Source of the DNA: Squalus acanthias
Taxonomy: Eukaryota
DNA length: 64,000 nucleotides
Reading direction: 5' to 3'
NCBI GenBank assembly: GCA_030390025.1
Contig: CM059432.1
Coordinates: forward strand, 40,116,001 to 40,180,000
Position numbers and translations under genes: made by a program. A model generated the notes under the pieces. The model had not been told where the DNA came from. It saw only the letters and a list, made by a program, of their open reading frames with translations, and searched no databases. The first letter of the stretch is position 1. The number at the start of each line of letters is the position of its first letter. Below are positions 38,223-50,850 of this stretch, one piece after another.

Positions 38223-38351
38223 GCTGAATCTCTGGGAGGTTGCAGAATTTTTAAAGGGCCATGGAATTATTAATGCCATTAATTTGGATGGAGGGGGATC
38301 AGCTACCCTGGCACTCAATGGATCTCTTGCAAACTATCCATCAGATCACTG
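38223..38351 (+). CDS. NAGPA: NAGPA coding exon with the NLDGGGS motif
   Basis: ttacag| ... |gtatgt; LNLWEVAEFLKGHGIINAINLDGGGSATLALNGSLANYPSDH(C); 129 nt, phase 2 to 2. Confidence 0.96.
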
Positions 38352-40357
38352 GTATGTACGCTGCGAAGTATACAAAGTTGTGTACTACTTGAAATTCTGT
38401 TATGTTGCTCATGGACAAAATAGTTTGGAGTAATTTCGTTCATATTTGTCTTTCAGTAGATTTACCTGCCCATGGGACAGCCTGAAATTACTAAAATTTG
38501 CCTCCACACTGATCACTGAATTCATGTTTTTTTTAAAAGTAAATGCCTGCATTGTAGAAGACAGAAGTAATAAGGGTGTCTGACACATCAGAAATAATTA
38601 ATTTTCTGGTGCTGTATCTCTTTGAAATCTGTTAAAATTCACTCGGGAGTTCTGCTCGCATAACACACAAATAGGTGGGCATTAAAAATTCACCCATGAT
38701 TAAACAAATAAATGCCTGCAGTGGAAAAGTTACATCAATAAAGTGTCCTATCCAAATGACAAATAAATAAGCAATTTGCTGAAGTTCCTGTTTTTATTTA
38801 TAATTTGATGAATCTAATCTATGCATGCAACATCCTAAAATGGCTCTACGATGTGTTTTATTTAGAAATCTGAACAGTTAGGTTCTGCTGGCATAACAAA
38901 TAGCTGGATATTAAAATTCATGCAGCGTTTATAAAAAAAAAAATTAAAGCCTGTACTGGGAATATAATACGTCAGAGAAAAAAATATGCTGGTGCTGTTT
39001 AGTTTCTTTAGTTTCTCTCCTATCTCCCCTCATGTCCTCTCCGAGCTCATCTTGTCCATGAGACGCACCTCCTGCTCCCTTGATCCTATTCTCACCTAGC
39101 TGCTGACCACACAACTACCCTTCCTAGCCCTCATGTTAGCTGATATAGAAACATAGAAGATAGGAGCAGGAGTAGGCCATTCGGCCCCTTGAGCCTGCTC
39201 CGCCATTCAATGCGATCATGGCTGATCATCCAAATTCAGTACCCTGTCCCCGCTTTCTCCCCATATCCCTTGATCCCTTTAGCCTTAAGAAATATATCTA
39301 ACTCCTTCTTGAATATATTTAATGAATTGGCCTCAACTGCCTTCTGTGGTAGAGAATTCCACAGGTTCACCACTCTCTGGGTGAAGAAATTCCTCCTCAT
39401 CTCAGTCCTAAATGGCCTACCCCTGATCCTTAGACTGTGACCCCTGGTTCTGGACTCCCCCGCCATCGGGAACATCCTTCCTGCATCTAGTCTGTCTAGT
39501 CCTGTTAGAATTTTATAAGTTTCAATGAGATCCCCTCTCATTCTTCTAAACTCTAGCGAATACAAGCCCAATCGACCCAATCTCTCTTCATACGTCATTC
39601 CTGCCATCCCAGGTATCAGTCTGGTGAATCTTTGCTAAACTCCCTCCATGGCAAGAACATCCTTCCTCAGATAAGGTGACCAAAACTGCACACAATACTC
39701 AAGGTGTGGTCTCACCAAGGCCCTGTACAACTGCAGCAAGACATCCTTGCTCCTGTACTCGAATCCTCTCGCTATGAAGGCCAACATACCATTTGCCGCC
39801 TTAACCGCCTGCTGCACCTGCATGCTTACCTTCAGCGACTGGTGCACAAGGACACCCAGGTCTCATTGCACTTCCCCTTTTCCCAATCTATTGCCGTTCA
39901 GATAATAATCTGCCTTCCTGTTTTTGACACCAAAGTGGATAACCTCGCATTTATCCACATTGGGCAGATGCAGTACAATCACCCAACCTGTCCAAATCAT
40001 ACTGGAGTTTCTCTGCATCCTACTCACAGCACACACGCCCACCCAGCTTTGTGTCATCTGCAAACTTGGAGATATTGGCCCAAAAATTAGTGTCTCTACG
40101 CGAGAGTACACACTGTGTACTCTCGCATATTCTGTCTCCAATTGCCGGTTTTCTGCATGCACTGCGCATGCGCTGAAAACCGGCACTTGGTGATTTCAAA
40201 AGGGGGCAGTTCCTAGGTGAACCGCGTGCGCGCTAAAGGCTGCGCACACGCAGTGCACTTAGTGCTTTGAACGCGCAGGTAAGCATGGAAGATTTTGCAC
40301 ATAAAGAAAGGAGGCGTAAGACCCTCTTTTAACAAGGTAAGTAGTTAATTAAGTATT

Positions 40358-41107
40358 GGCCCAGAAATTGATCTCGCTCTGTTCCCGCGGGGGTAAGGAG
40401 CAGGCGCGATCTCTCACTCCGCGTTGGCTTTTTCAGATCCAGCTCGCACGAACTTGATGTTCTAGACATCAGCTGGGCAGTGCTTGCGTATCCCACCGGC
40501 GTAGTGAATTCGTGCGAGCTGTGGGATCACGTGACTCAGTTAGAGCCAATGGCAGCACACCATCTTCCATTCATAAGTTTCACATACGTGCTGTGAAAGC
40601 TATGAATCTTACACACCCCCAAAATAACAGCTAAACCTCAATTAAATTAAAAAAAAAACCCATCACATTAATAAAATAAGTATAGTTAAATAAATTAACC
40701 ATTTTAAATAAAAAATAACATTTTGAAAAAATTTAAAATCTTTTAAAAAGTTATAAAAAATAAACTTACCTGTCTTTAAATTCTGTAAAAAAAAAAGATA
40801 TACCTGTTAAAAAAAAAATTCAAAATAATACTTAATTCACTACTTACCTTGTTAAAAGTGGGTCTTACTCCTCCTTTTTTCGTTTCTAAAATCTTCCGTC
40901 CTTACCTGCGCGTCCAAAGCATTAAGTGCACAGCGTGCGCGCAGCCTGTAGCGCGCACGCGGTGCACCGAGGAACCGCCCCCTTTTCCAAAGACCAAGTG
41001 CCGGTTTTCAGCGCATGCGCAGTGCATGCAGAAAACCAGCAATTGGAGAGAGAATACGCGAGAGTACGCAGTGCGTACTCTCGCGCAGCGGGATCAATTT
41101 TTGGCCC
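40358..41107. mobile_element. Harbinger-type MITE, inner copy of the same family in opposite orientation
   Basis: TIRs ggcccagaaattga / tcaatttttggccc; TSD ATT (40355-57 / 41108-10); colinear reverse complement of the outer copy. Confidence 0.88.
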
Positions 41108-41265
41108 ATTATTTTGAATTTTTTTCAACAGGTATATCTTTTTTAGAGACTTTAAAGAAAGGTAAGTTTATTTTTATAACTTTTTAAAAGATTTTAAATT
41201 TTTTCAAAAATTTAATTTTTTGTTTAAAGTGGTTAATTTATTTAACTATACTTATTTTATTAATG

Positions 41266-43741
41266 GCTCCTTCCTCAGGTAGGTTAGCAGTGAGAGAATC
41301 TCCCAGAATTCACAATTTAAACACAGACAAAATCTATTCAAATCTTTCCCTACATCAAAGACACACTAAGAGCACAGCCAAGACAATGAGATGTGTCCCA
41401 GGGGGTCCAACGTGTCAAACCACCTGCTGGCTGCATATCCTGTCAATTTGTGTTGGTTCTTGTGTTAGTCTGTTTAAAAAAAAAACAAACACCTGGGAAG
41501 ACCGGCCATGATGTCAAGTCACGTTCTGTATCGTGACATGAACCCGATATCGCGATTGAGGCCATCCTCATGAGTGCGGAACTTGGCTATCAGTTTCTGC
41601 TCTATGATTTTGCGCTGTCGTGTATCCCGAAGGCCGCCTTGGAGAACGCTTACCCGCAGATCCGAGGCTGAATGCCCCTGGCTGCTGAAGTGTTCCCCGA
41701 CTGGGAGGCAACCCTCCTGCCTGGCGATTGTTGCGCGGTGTCCGTTCATACGTTGTCTCAGTGTCTGCATGGTCTCGCCGATGTACCATGCTCTGGAGCA
41801 TCCTTTACTGCAACGTATCAGGTAGACAACGTTGGCCGAGTCACATGAGTATGTACCGTGTACCTGGTGGATAGTGTCCTCACGTGTGATGATGGTATCT
41901 GTGTCCATGATTTGGCATGTCTTGCAGAGGTTGCCGTGGCAGGGTTGTGTGGTGTCGTGGTTGCTGTTCTCCTGAAAGATGGGTAATCTGCTGCGAACGA
42001 TGGTACTTTTGAGGTTAGGCGGCTGCTTGAAGGCGAGTAGTGGAGGCGTGGGGATGGCCTTAGCAAGGTGTTCGTCGTCATCGATGACATGTTGAAGGCT
42101 GCGAAGAACATGGCGTAGTTTTTCCGCTCCGGGGAAGTACTGGACGACGTAGGGTACTCTGTTGGTTGTGTCCCGTGTTCGTCTTCTGAGGAGGTCTATG
42201 CAGTTTTTCGCTGTGGCCCGTCGGAACTGTCGATCGACGAGTCGAGCGTCATATCCCGTTCTTACGAGGGCGTCTTTCAGTGTCCGTAGGTGTCCATCGC
42301 GTTCCTCCTTGTCTGAGCAGATCCTGTGTATTCGCAGGGCTTGTCCATAGGGGATGGCTTCTTTAACGTGGTTAGGGTGGAAGCTGGAGAAGTGGAGCAT
42401 CGTGAGGTTGTCCGTGGGCTTGCGGTAGAGTGAAGTGCTGAGGCGTCCGTCTTTGATGGAGATTCGTGTGTCCAAGAATGAAACCGATTCTGAGGAGTAG
42501 TCCATGGTGAGTTTGATGGTGGGATGGAACCTGTTGATGCTATCGTGTAGTCCTTTCAGTGATCCTTCGCCGTGGGTCCAAAGGAAGAAGATGTCGTCGA
42601 TGTATCTGGTGTACAGCGTTGGTTGGAGGTCCTGTGCAGCGAAGAAGTCTTGCTCGAACTTGTGCATGAAGATGTTGGCGTATTGGGGTGCGAATTTGGT
42701 CCCCATGGCTGTTCCGTGTGTTTGGGTAAAAAAATGGTTGTCGAAGGTGAAGACATTGTGGTCAAGGATGAAGCGGATGAGTTGTAGGATGGCGTCCGGA
42801 GATTGGCTGTTGTTGGTGTTGAGTACTGAGGCTGTCGCAGCGATGCCGTCATTGTGGGGGATATTGGTGTAGAGTGCCGATACGTCCATCGTGACGAGGA
42901 GTGTTCCTGGTTCAACTGGTCCATGGGTGCTGAGTTTCTGCAAGAAGTCTGTAGTGTCGCGACAGAAGCTGGGGGTTCCCTGTACGATGGGTTTCAGGAT
43001 GCCCTCGACGTACCCAGAGAGGTTCTCACACAGGGTTCCGTTGCCTGATACGATAGGACGTCCGGGTGTGTTGGCTTTGTGTATCTTTGGGAGGCAGTAA
43101 AAGTCTCCTACACGGGGAGTACGTGGGATGCGAGCGCGTAGGATGTTTTGAAGGTCTGGATCGAAGGTCTTGATCAGTCTATTGAGTTGGCGGGTGTGTT
43201 CTTTGGTCGGATCTGCGGGTAGCTGTCTGTAGTGTTCCTGGTTGTCCAGTTGTCGGTATGCTTCTTTGCAATAGTCCATTCTGTTCTGTATGACGATGGC
43301 TCCTCCTTTGTCCGCTGGTTTGATGACGATGTTGCGGTTGGTCTTGAGAGCGTGGATGGCGTTGCGTTGTGCTCGGGTGACATTCTGGACTGTCTTGTGA
43401 GTACGGCTGATGAATCTGGCGTTGATGCATTTCCTGACAGCTTGAGCATACATGTCAAGCTTAGGGCTGCGACCCTCCGGAGGGGTCCAATTTGACTCTT
43501 TCTTCCTCGGTTGTAGCACTGCGGTTCCCTCTGTCTGCTGTTCCGGATCATTGATTGTCCCATTAGGAATGTTGCTGACATCTTGGGATTTGTGGTAGTA
43601 TTCCCGGATCCTCATTCTCCTGATGAATTCCTCTGTGTCCGCCACGAGACCGATGGGGTCCATTTTGGTGGTGGGGCAGAACTTGAGCCCTAGGGCGAGA
43701 ACTTCGATTTCGTCTGGTTGAAGGGTGTGGTCCGACAGGTT
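41266..43741 (-). mobile_element. PLE family A, second copy, 5'-truncated (open 714-aa RT/GIY-YIG frame at 41519-43663)
   Basis: 15-bp TSD cttattttattaatg (41251-41265 / 43742-43756); about 7 aa differences from the 16890-19568 ORF over 714 aa. Confidence 0.95.
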
Positions 43742-45835
43742 CTTATTTTATTAATGTGATGGGGTTTTTTTTTAATTTAATTGAGGTTTAGCTGTTCTTT
43801 TGAGGGGGTATAGATTCATAGCTTTCACAGCACTTGCTGTGAAAACTATGAATGAAAGATGGTGTGCTGCCATTGGCTCTAACTGAATCACGTGATCCCA
43901 CAGCTCGCACGAATTAACTGCGCCTGTGGGATACGGAAGCACTGCACAGCTGCTGTCTAGAAAATCAAGTTCGTGCGAGCTCGGAATGAAAAGGCAGGCG
44001 CGCAGTGAGATATCGCGGGGAAGCCTTACCCCCGCACGAAGGCTCCGTCATTAATTTCTGGGCCATTACATCTAGTTCCCTCGTCTAGATCATTAATATA
44101 TATTGTGAATAACTGGGGTCCTAGCACCGATCCCTGCGGTACCCCACTAGTCACTGCCTGCCACTCGGAAAAAGACCCATTTATTCCAACTCTTTGCTTC
44201 CTGTCTGCCAACCAGTTCTCTATCCAAGTCAGTACCTTACCCCCAATCCCATGTGCTTTAACTTTGCATGCTAATCTCTTATGCGGGACCTTATCGAAAG
44301 CCTTCTGAAAGTCCAAATACACCACATCCACTGGTTCTCCCTTATCTATTCTACCAGTTACATCCTCAAAAATTTCCAGTAGATTAGTCAAGCATGATTT
44401 ACCTTTTGTAAATCCATGTTGACTTTGTCCGATCCTGTCACTGTTTTCCAAGTGCTCTGCTATTACATCTTTTATAATGGACTCTAGCATCTTCCCCACT
44501 ACCGATGTCAGGCTTACTGGTCTATAATTCCCCGTTTTCTCTCTACCACCTTTTTTAAATAGTGGGGTTACATTAGCTACCCTCCAATCCATGGAGACTG
44601 TTCCAGAGTCTATAGAATTTTGGAAGATGACCAGCAATGCATCTACTATTTCTCGGGCCACTTCCTTAAGTTCCCTAGGATGTAGATTATCAGGCCCTGG
44701 GGATTTATCGGCCTTCAATCCCGTCAATTTCCCTAACACCATTTTCCTACAAATACTGATTTCATTCAGTTCCTCCCTCTCATTAGACCCTATGTTCCCC
44801 GACATCTCTGGGAGGTTATTTGTGTCCTCCTTTGTGAAGACAGAACCAAAGTATGTATTTAATTGGTCAGCCATTTCTTTGTTCCCCATTATAAATTCTC
44901 CTGATTCTGACTGCAAGGGACCTACGCTTGACTTCACCAATCTTTTTCTCTTCACATAGCTATAGAAGCTTTTACAGTCAGTTTTTATGTTCCCTGAAAG
45001 CTTACTCTCATATTCTATTTCCCCCCTCTTAATTAATCCCTTTGTCCTCCTTTGCTGAATCCTAAACTGCTCCCAATCCTCAGGTTTGCTGCTTTTTCTG
45101 GCCAATTTATATGTCCTCTCCTTGGATCTTATGCTATCCTAATTTCCCTTGTTAGCCACGGTTGAGTCACCTTTTTTGTTTTATTTTTATGCCATTTATA
45201 TTGTTAACCATTCCCTCTCCTCGGGTAATGTCACACTCCCCTTCAAATCTGCCGTCATCTGCTTATAAAACCCACCCTTGACCCCTCTGTTCTTGCAAAC
45301 TACTATCCCATCTCCAACCTCACTTCCTCTCAAAGTCCTTGAACGTGCTGTCGCCTCCTAAATCCGTACCCATCTTTCCCCAAGCTCCATGTTTGAATCC
45401 CTCGAATCTGGTTTCCGCCCCCGCCACAATACTAAAACGGCCCTTATCAAAGTCACAAATTACATCCTATGTGACTGCGACCGTGGTAAACTATCCCTCC
45501 TCATCCTTCTCTACCTGTCTGCAGCCTTTGACATGGTTGACGACACTATCCTCCTCCAACACCTCTACTCCATCGCCCAGCTGGGTAGGACTGCCCTCGC
45601 CTGGGTCCATTCTTATCTATCCAGTCATCAATGGCTTCTCCTCGCTCCCGCACCATTCTGTCTGGAGTCCCCCAAGGATCTATCCTTGGCCCCCTCCTAT
45701 TTCTCATCTACATGCTGCCCCTTGGCGACATCATCCGAAAACACGTCAGTTTCCAAATGTACGCTGACGACATCCAGCTCCACCCAGCCATTGTGTTCGA
45801 TCCCCACCACAAATTCCATTCCCTAGCCACCGACA

Positions 45836-48800
45836 TCATAGAGTCATAATCATAACGGCACAGAAGGTGGCCATTCGGCCCATCGAGTCTGTGCTGGCTC
45901 TCTGTAGAGCGATCCAGTCAGTCCCATTCCCCCGCTCTATCCCCGTAGCCCTGCAAGTTTATTTCCCTCAAGTGCCTATCCAGTCTCCTCTTGAAAACAT
46001 TGAGTGTGGCCGCTTCCACCACTTCCGTCGGCAGCGAGTCCAGATCCTCACCACTCGCTGCGTAAAAAAGTTTTTCCTCACGTCTCCCCTGTATCTCTTG
46101 CCCAAAACCTTAAATCTGTGTCCCCTAGTCCTTGTACCATCAACTAGTGAGAACAGCCTTTCCCCGTCTAGCCTATCCAACCCGTCATAATCTTGTACAC
46201 CTCTATCAAATCAACCCTCAACCTCCTTTGCTCTAATGAAAACAAATCCAGCTTCTCCAACCTGCCCTTATAGCTAAGATCCCCCATCCTGGAACCATTC
46301 TGGTAAATCTCCTCTGCACCCTCTCAAGGGCCTTCACATCCTTCCTAAAGTGTGGTGACCAGAACTGAACGCAATACTCCAGCTGTGGCCTAACCAGGGC
46401 TTTATAAAGGTTTAGCATAACTTCTCTACTTTTGTACTCAATACCTCTATTTATGAAGCCCAAGATCCCATATGCTTTGCTAACCACTCTCTCAATATGT
46501 CCTGCCACCTTCAGGGACCTATGCACATTAACTCCCAGGTCCCTCTGTCCCTGCACACTCTTTAAAACTGTGCCATTAAGTGTCTATTGCCTCTCCCTGT
46601 TCCTTCTGCCAAAATGCATTATCTCACACTTCCCTGTATTAAATTCCATCTGCCACTTGTCTGCCCATTCTGCTAGCCTTTCTATGCCCTGTTGCAGTCG
46701 ATTGGTTTCATCCTCACTGTTTGCCACACTCCCAAGTTTGGTGTCATCGGCAATTTAGAAATTCTACTCTGTATTCCAATATCCAGGTCATTTATTTATA
46801 TTTTTTTATATATATATATATATATATCAACAAAGGCTGTAGCTCCAGCACTGACCGTTGGGGAACACCACTGTCTACCATCCTCCAGTCTGAAAAACAG
46901 CCAGTTACCACAACTCGCTGTTTTCTGTCCTTATCCAAGCTGCCGCTGACCCACCTATTTGACGAGCCTCAATTTTGTTAACCAGCCTTCTGTGTGGTAC
47001 TTTGTCAAACGCCTTCTGAAAATCCATGTAGACAACATCCACTGCATTCCCTTCATCAATCCTCTCTGTTACTTCATCAAAAAATTCAATTAGATTAGTC
47101 AAACACGATCTGCCTTTAACAAATCCGTGTTGGCTCTCCTTAATTAGCTTAAACCTCTCCAAGTGCCCGTTAATTTTTTCCTTGATTATTTCTAAAACTT
47201 TACCCACCACTGATGTTAAACTGACCGGCCTGTAGTTACTAGGATTGTCCTTGCACCCTTTCTTGAACAATGGTGTCACATTTACCACTTTCCAATCCTC
47301 GGGCACCTCCCCCACATCTAGGGAAGATTGGAAAATGATGGCAAGCCCTTCCGCTATCTTCTCCCCCAATTCCCTTAGCAACCTAGGATGCAGGCCATCT
47401 GGACCAGGCGACTTGTCCACTCTAAGCATACCCAGCCTTTCTCGTACATCCTGTATCAATTTTCACCCCTTCCATTAATTCTACCTTTTCCACTTCTACC
47501 GATAGTTTGTCAGCATCCACCTCCTTAGTAAACACCGATACAAAGTACTCATTGAGTATTCTAGCCTTGCCCTGCGCCTCTAAGCATATATCACCTTCTT
47601 TGTCCCCAATAGGCCCCACCCCGCCTCTTGCTACCCACTTACTGTTTACATGCCGGTAGAAGATTTTTGGGTTCCCTTTTATGTTAATCGCCAATCTACT
47701 CTCATATACTCTCTTTGCCAATCTTATTTTCATCTTCACATCACCTCTCAACTTATTGTATTTGGTCTGGCTCTCCCTTGAAGAATTCACCTGACATTCA
47801 TCTTACACCCTCTTTTTTTGTTTCATCATCTTCTCTATCTCCCTCGTCATCCAAGGAGCCCTTGCTTTGGTCTCTTACCCTTCCCTCTTGTTGGAATGTA
47901 CCTAGCCTGTACTTGGAACATCTCCTCCTTAAAGATCATCCATTGTTCCGTTACAGTTTTCCCTGTCAGTCTTTGATTCCATTTTACCCTGGCTAGATCC
48001 TTTTGCATCCCATTGAAGTTAGCCCTATTCCAGTTTAGAAGTTCCACTCTAGCTTGTTCCTTGCTCCTCTCCATTGCTAATCTAAATCTTATGATATGAT
48101 GATCACTGGTATCAAGTGTTCTCCCACAGACACTTGTTCGACCTGGCCCACCTCATTCCCCAGCACAAGATCCAGCAATGCCTCCTTCCTACAAAAGCAA
48201 AATACTGCGGATGCTGGAAATCTGAAATAAAAACAGAAAATGCTGGAAATACTCAGCAGGTCAGGCAGCATCTGTGGAGAGAGAAACAGAGTTAACGTTT
48301 CAGGTCGATGACCCTTCGTCAGACCTGCTGAGTATTTCCAGCATTTTCTGTTTTTATGCCTCCTTCCTAGTTGGATCAAGAACATATTGGTCAAGGAACT
48401 TCTCCTGACACATTTCAGAAATTCCTCCCCCTCCTTTCCCTTTACCCTAGCATTATCCCAATCGATATTTGGGTAATTAAAGTCCCCCAATATCACCCCT
48501 CTATAGTTCTTGCATATCTCTGCGATTTCCCTGCAGATTTGCTCCTCTACCTCCCACTCACTATTTGGAGGCCTGTAGAATACCCCCAATAGCGTGATCA
48601 TACCCTTTTTGCTCCTCAACTCTAACCAAATGGATTCTGTCCTTGTCCCCTCAAAAACATCCTTCCTTTCTAACACTACAATGTCTTCCTTAATCAGCAT
48701 TGCCACCCCACCTCCCTTTTTTCCTTCCCTATCTTTTCTGAACACCTTGTACCATTGAATATAAAGTGCCCAGTCCTCACCGTTTTTAAGCCACGTTTCC

Positions 48801-48885
48801 GTTATTGCCACAACATCATATTGCCACAAGGCTAATTGTGCTTGTAGCTCACCAACCTTATTCACCACACTTTGTACGTTTACAT
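45836..48885 (-). mobile_element. CR1 LINE, nearly complete ORF2 with frameshifts
   Basis: EN start YVNVQSVVNK..VAITETWL..YRPP..GDFN (48089-48885); RT ORFs 46905-47459, 46233-46556; tail at ~45836. Confidence 0.92.
48192..48355. mobile_element. PLE family B fold-back mini-insertion
   Basis: Perfect 14-bp TSD atgcctccttccta (48178-48191 / 48356-48369); contains a complete hammerhead core on the minus strand (~48288-48322). Confidence 0.9.
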
Positions 48886-49636
48886 ACCTTCCTCTCTCTG
48901 GCAACTGTCTGAGGCTAAAGCAGGCCATTCGCAACCTTGGTGGAGTATTTGACCCCAAGCTGAGCTTCCGACCACACATTCGCTTCATCACCAAGACCAC
49001 CTACTTCCATCTCTGTAACATCGCTCGACTCCGCCCCTGCCTCAGCTCATCTGCTGCTGAAATCCACATCCATACCTTTGTTACTTCTAGACTTGACTGT
49101 TCCAATGTTCCCCTGGCCAGCCTCCTATTCTCCACCCTACATAAACTTAAGCTCATCCAAAACCCTGCTGCCCATATCCTAACTTGCACCAAGTCCCATT
49201 CACCCATCACTCCTGTGCTCACTGTCCTACGTTGGCTTCCGGTCCGACAACGCCTCAATTTTAAAATTCTCATTCTTGTTTTCAAATCCCTCCATGCCCT
49301 CCCTATCTCTGTAACCTCCTCCAGCCCTACAACACTCCGAGATATCTGCTGTCCTCCGTACTGACCTCATGCACATCGCTGATTTTAATCGCTCCACCAT
49401 TGGTGGCCGTGCCTTCAGCTGGCTAGGCCCTAAGCTCTGGAATTCCCTCCCTAAACCTCTCTGCCTCTCTCTCCTCCTTTAAGATGCTTCTTAAAACCTT
49501 TGAGCAAGCTTTTGATCATCTGTCCTGATACCACCTTACGTGGCTCGGTGACAAATTTTGTTTGATAACGATCTTGTCAAGTGCCTTAGGACTTATTACT
49601 ATGTTAATGGTGCTACATAAATGCAAGTTGTTGTTG

Positions 49637-50850
49637 CTTCCCCTCCACCATGGTTGACAGGGCCCCCGACTGTGTCCATTTCAATTTACGCACTTCAGCC
49701 CTCACCCCCTCCCTCCCTCCCAAAACCATGATACAGTCCCTTTGTCACCTTCCACCCCACCAGCCTCCGCATTCAACGGATTACTCTCCATCATTACCGC
49801 CACCTCCAGCATGATGCCACCACCAAACATATCTTCCTCTCCCCTCGCCTTTCAGGAGTCCGAAGGGACCATTCCCTCCGTGACACCCTGGTCCACTCTT
49901 CCATCACTCCCAACACCTGCCCAACTTCCCCCAGCAGGTTCTCATGCAAATGCAGGAAATGCAACACCTGCCCGTTCACCTCCTTCCTTCCCATCATCCA
50001 GCACCCCAAACACTCCTTCCGGGAGAAAAGGCGATTTACTTGTACTTCTTACAACTTAGTATATTTTATTTGCTGCTCACGATGTTGTCCCTCCACATTG
50101 GGGAAATTAAACCCAGATTGGTGAACCTTCCGTCTGCAGTCGTGACTCCGAGTTTCCAGTCACTTGCCACTTTAATTCTCTATTCCACTCCCACTCCCAC
50201 TCTGACCTCTGTTCTTGACCTCCTACACAGTTCCAATGAAGCTCAACGCAAGCTCGAGGAACAGCATCTCATCTTTCTACTAGTATTTTACAGCCTTCAG
50301 GCCTTAACACGAAGTTCAACAACTTCAGACCTTAACTACCGCTCCCGTTTTCTCTTAGACAGCAGCTGTTGGTCATGGAGGATGGCTGCACCAGAGCCAC
50401 TGGGAGTGACGAAGGTGTGGGCTGGTGCTTGGGGTGGAATCTCCTATCAGTACATGGCCGGCGAGGTGGTCTGCACCCCTGGGGTCTACCTGCATTTCTT
50501 CTGCCACATTCCTGGGCCGTGGAACACTTCTCTTTGCCAGATTTTCCCGGCTTCTCTGCTTCCCTCCTCCTGCTTTTCTGCTGTAACCATTTATACCTCC
50601 TCTGGAGCTATCTATTGTTTCTGTGCTTGTCGCATTATCACCTCACTTTGTTTTTTGTCTTGCACCATCATCACTTGCCATTTAATCACTCCTGCCCTCC
50701 AACCTATCATAGATCTCTCCCTTTTGTTCTTTTCATGTCTCCCCCCGACCCCCACTTTCCCCTGGCTCTGTAATTGCTTAAAAGCTGTTCATCTCTAACA
50801 TCTTCCAGTTCTGATGAAAGGTCACTGACCTGAAATATTAACTCTGTTTG
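49637..50850 (+). mobile_element. Older decayed PLE family B copy (GIY-YIG region, 3' UTR, hammerhead relic)
   Basis: Similar to 37370-37715 (EAQRKLEEQHLIF); ends cagttctgatgaaaggtcactgacctgaaatattaactctg. Confidence 0.8.

Larger units (their letters stand above)
40077..44064. mobile_element. Harbinger-type MITE, outer copy (~760 bp: 40077-40357, 41108-41265, 43742-44064)
   Basis: TIRs ggcccaaaaatta / taatttctgggcc; 3-bp TSD ATT (40074-76 / 44065-67). Confidence 0.88.
39147..45197 (-). mobile_element. CR1 LINE (39147-40076 and 44065-45197) split by a MITE/PLE stack
   Basis: ORF 44026-45105 (RT N-half), 39635-39847, 39236-39607; gagat-att-acatc rejoins across the insertion. Confidence 0.92.
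39005..49636 (+). mobile_element. L2 LINE in three colinear pieces (~39005-39146, ~45198-45835, ~48886-49636)
   Basis: [41 protein letters not shown]; tail ataaatgcaagttgttgttg; reading continues across the two CR1 insertions. Confidence 0.85.

Noticed and set aside
48089..49000. 303-aa ORF as a novel chimeric protein
   Set aside because: Chance fusion of antisense L2, CR1 endonuclease and a PLE mini-insertion
50826..50845. AAUAUU versus AACGUU as covariation in hammerhead helix III
   Set aside because: Equally explained by CpG decay on both strands (the 51230 copy shows the TG intermediate)
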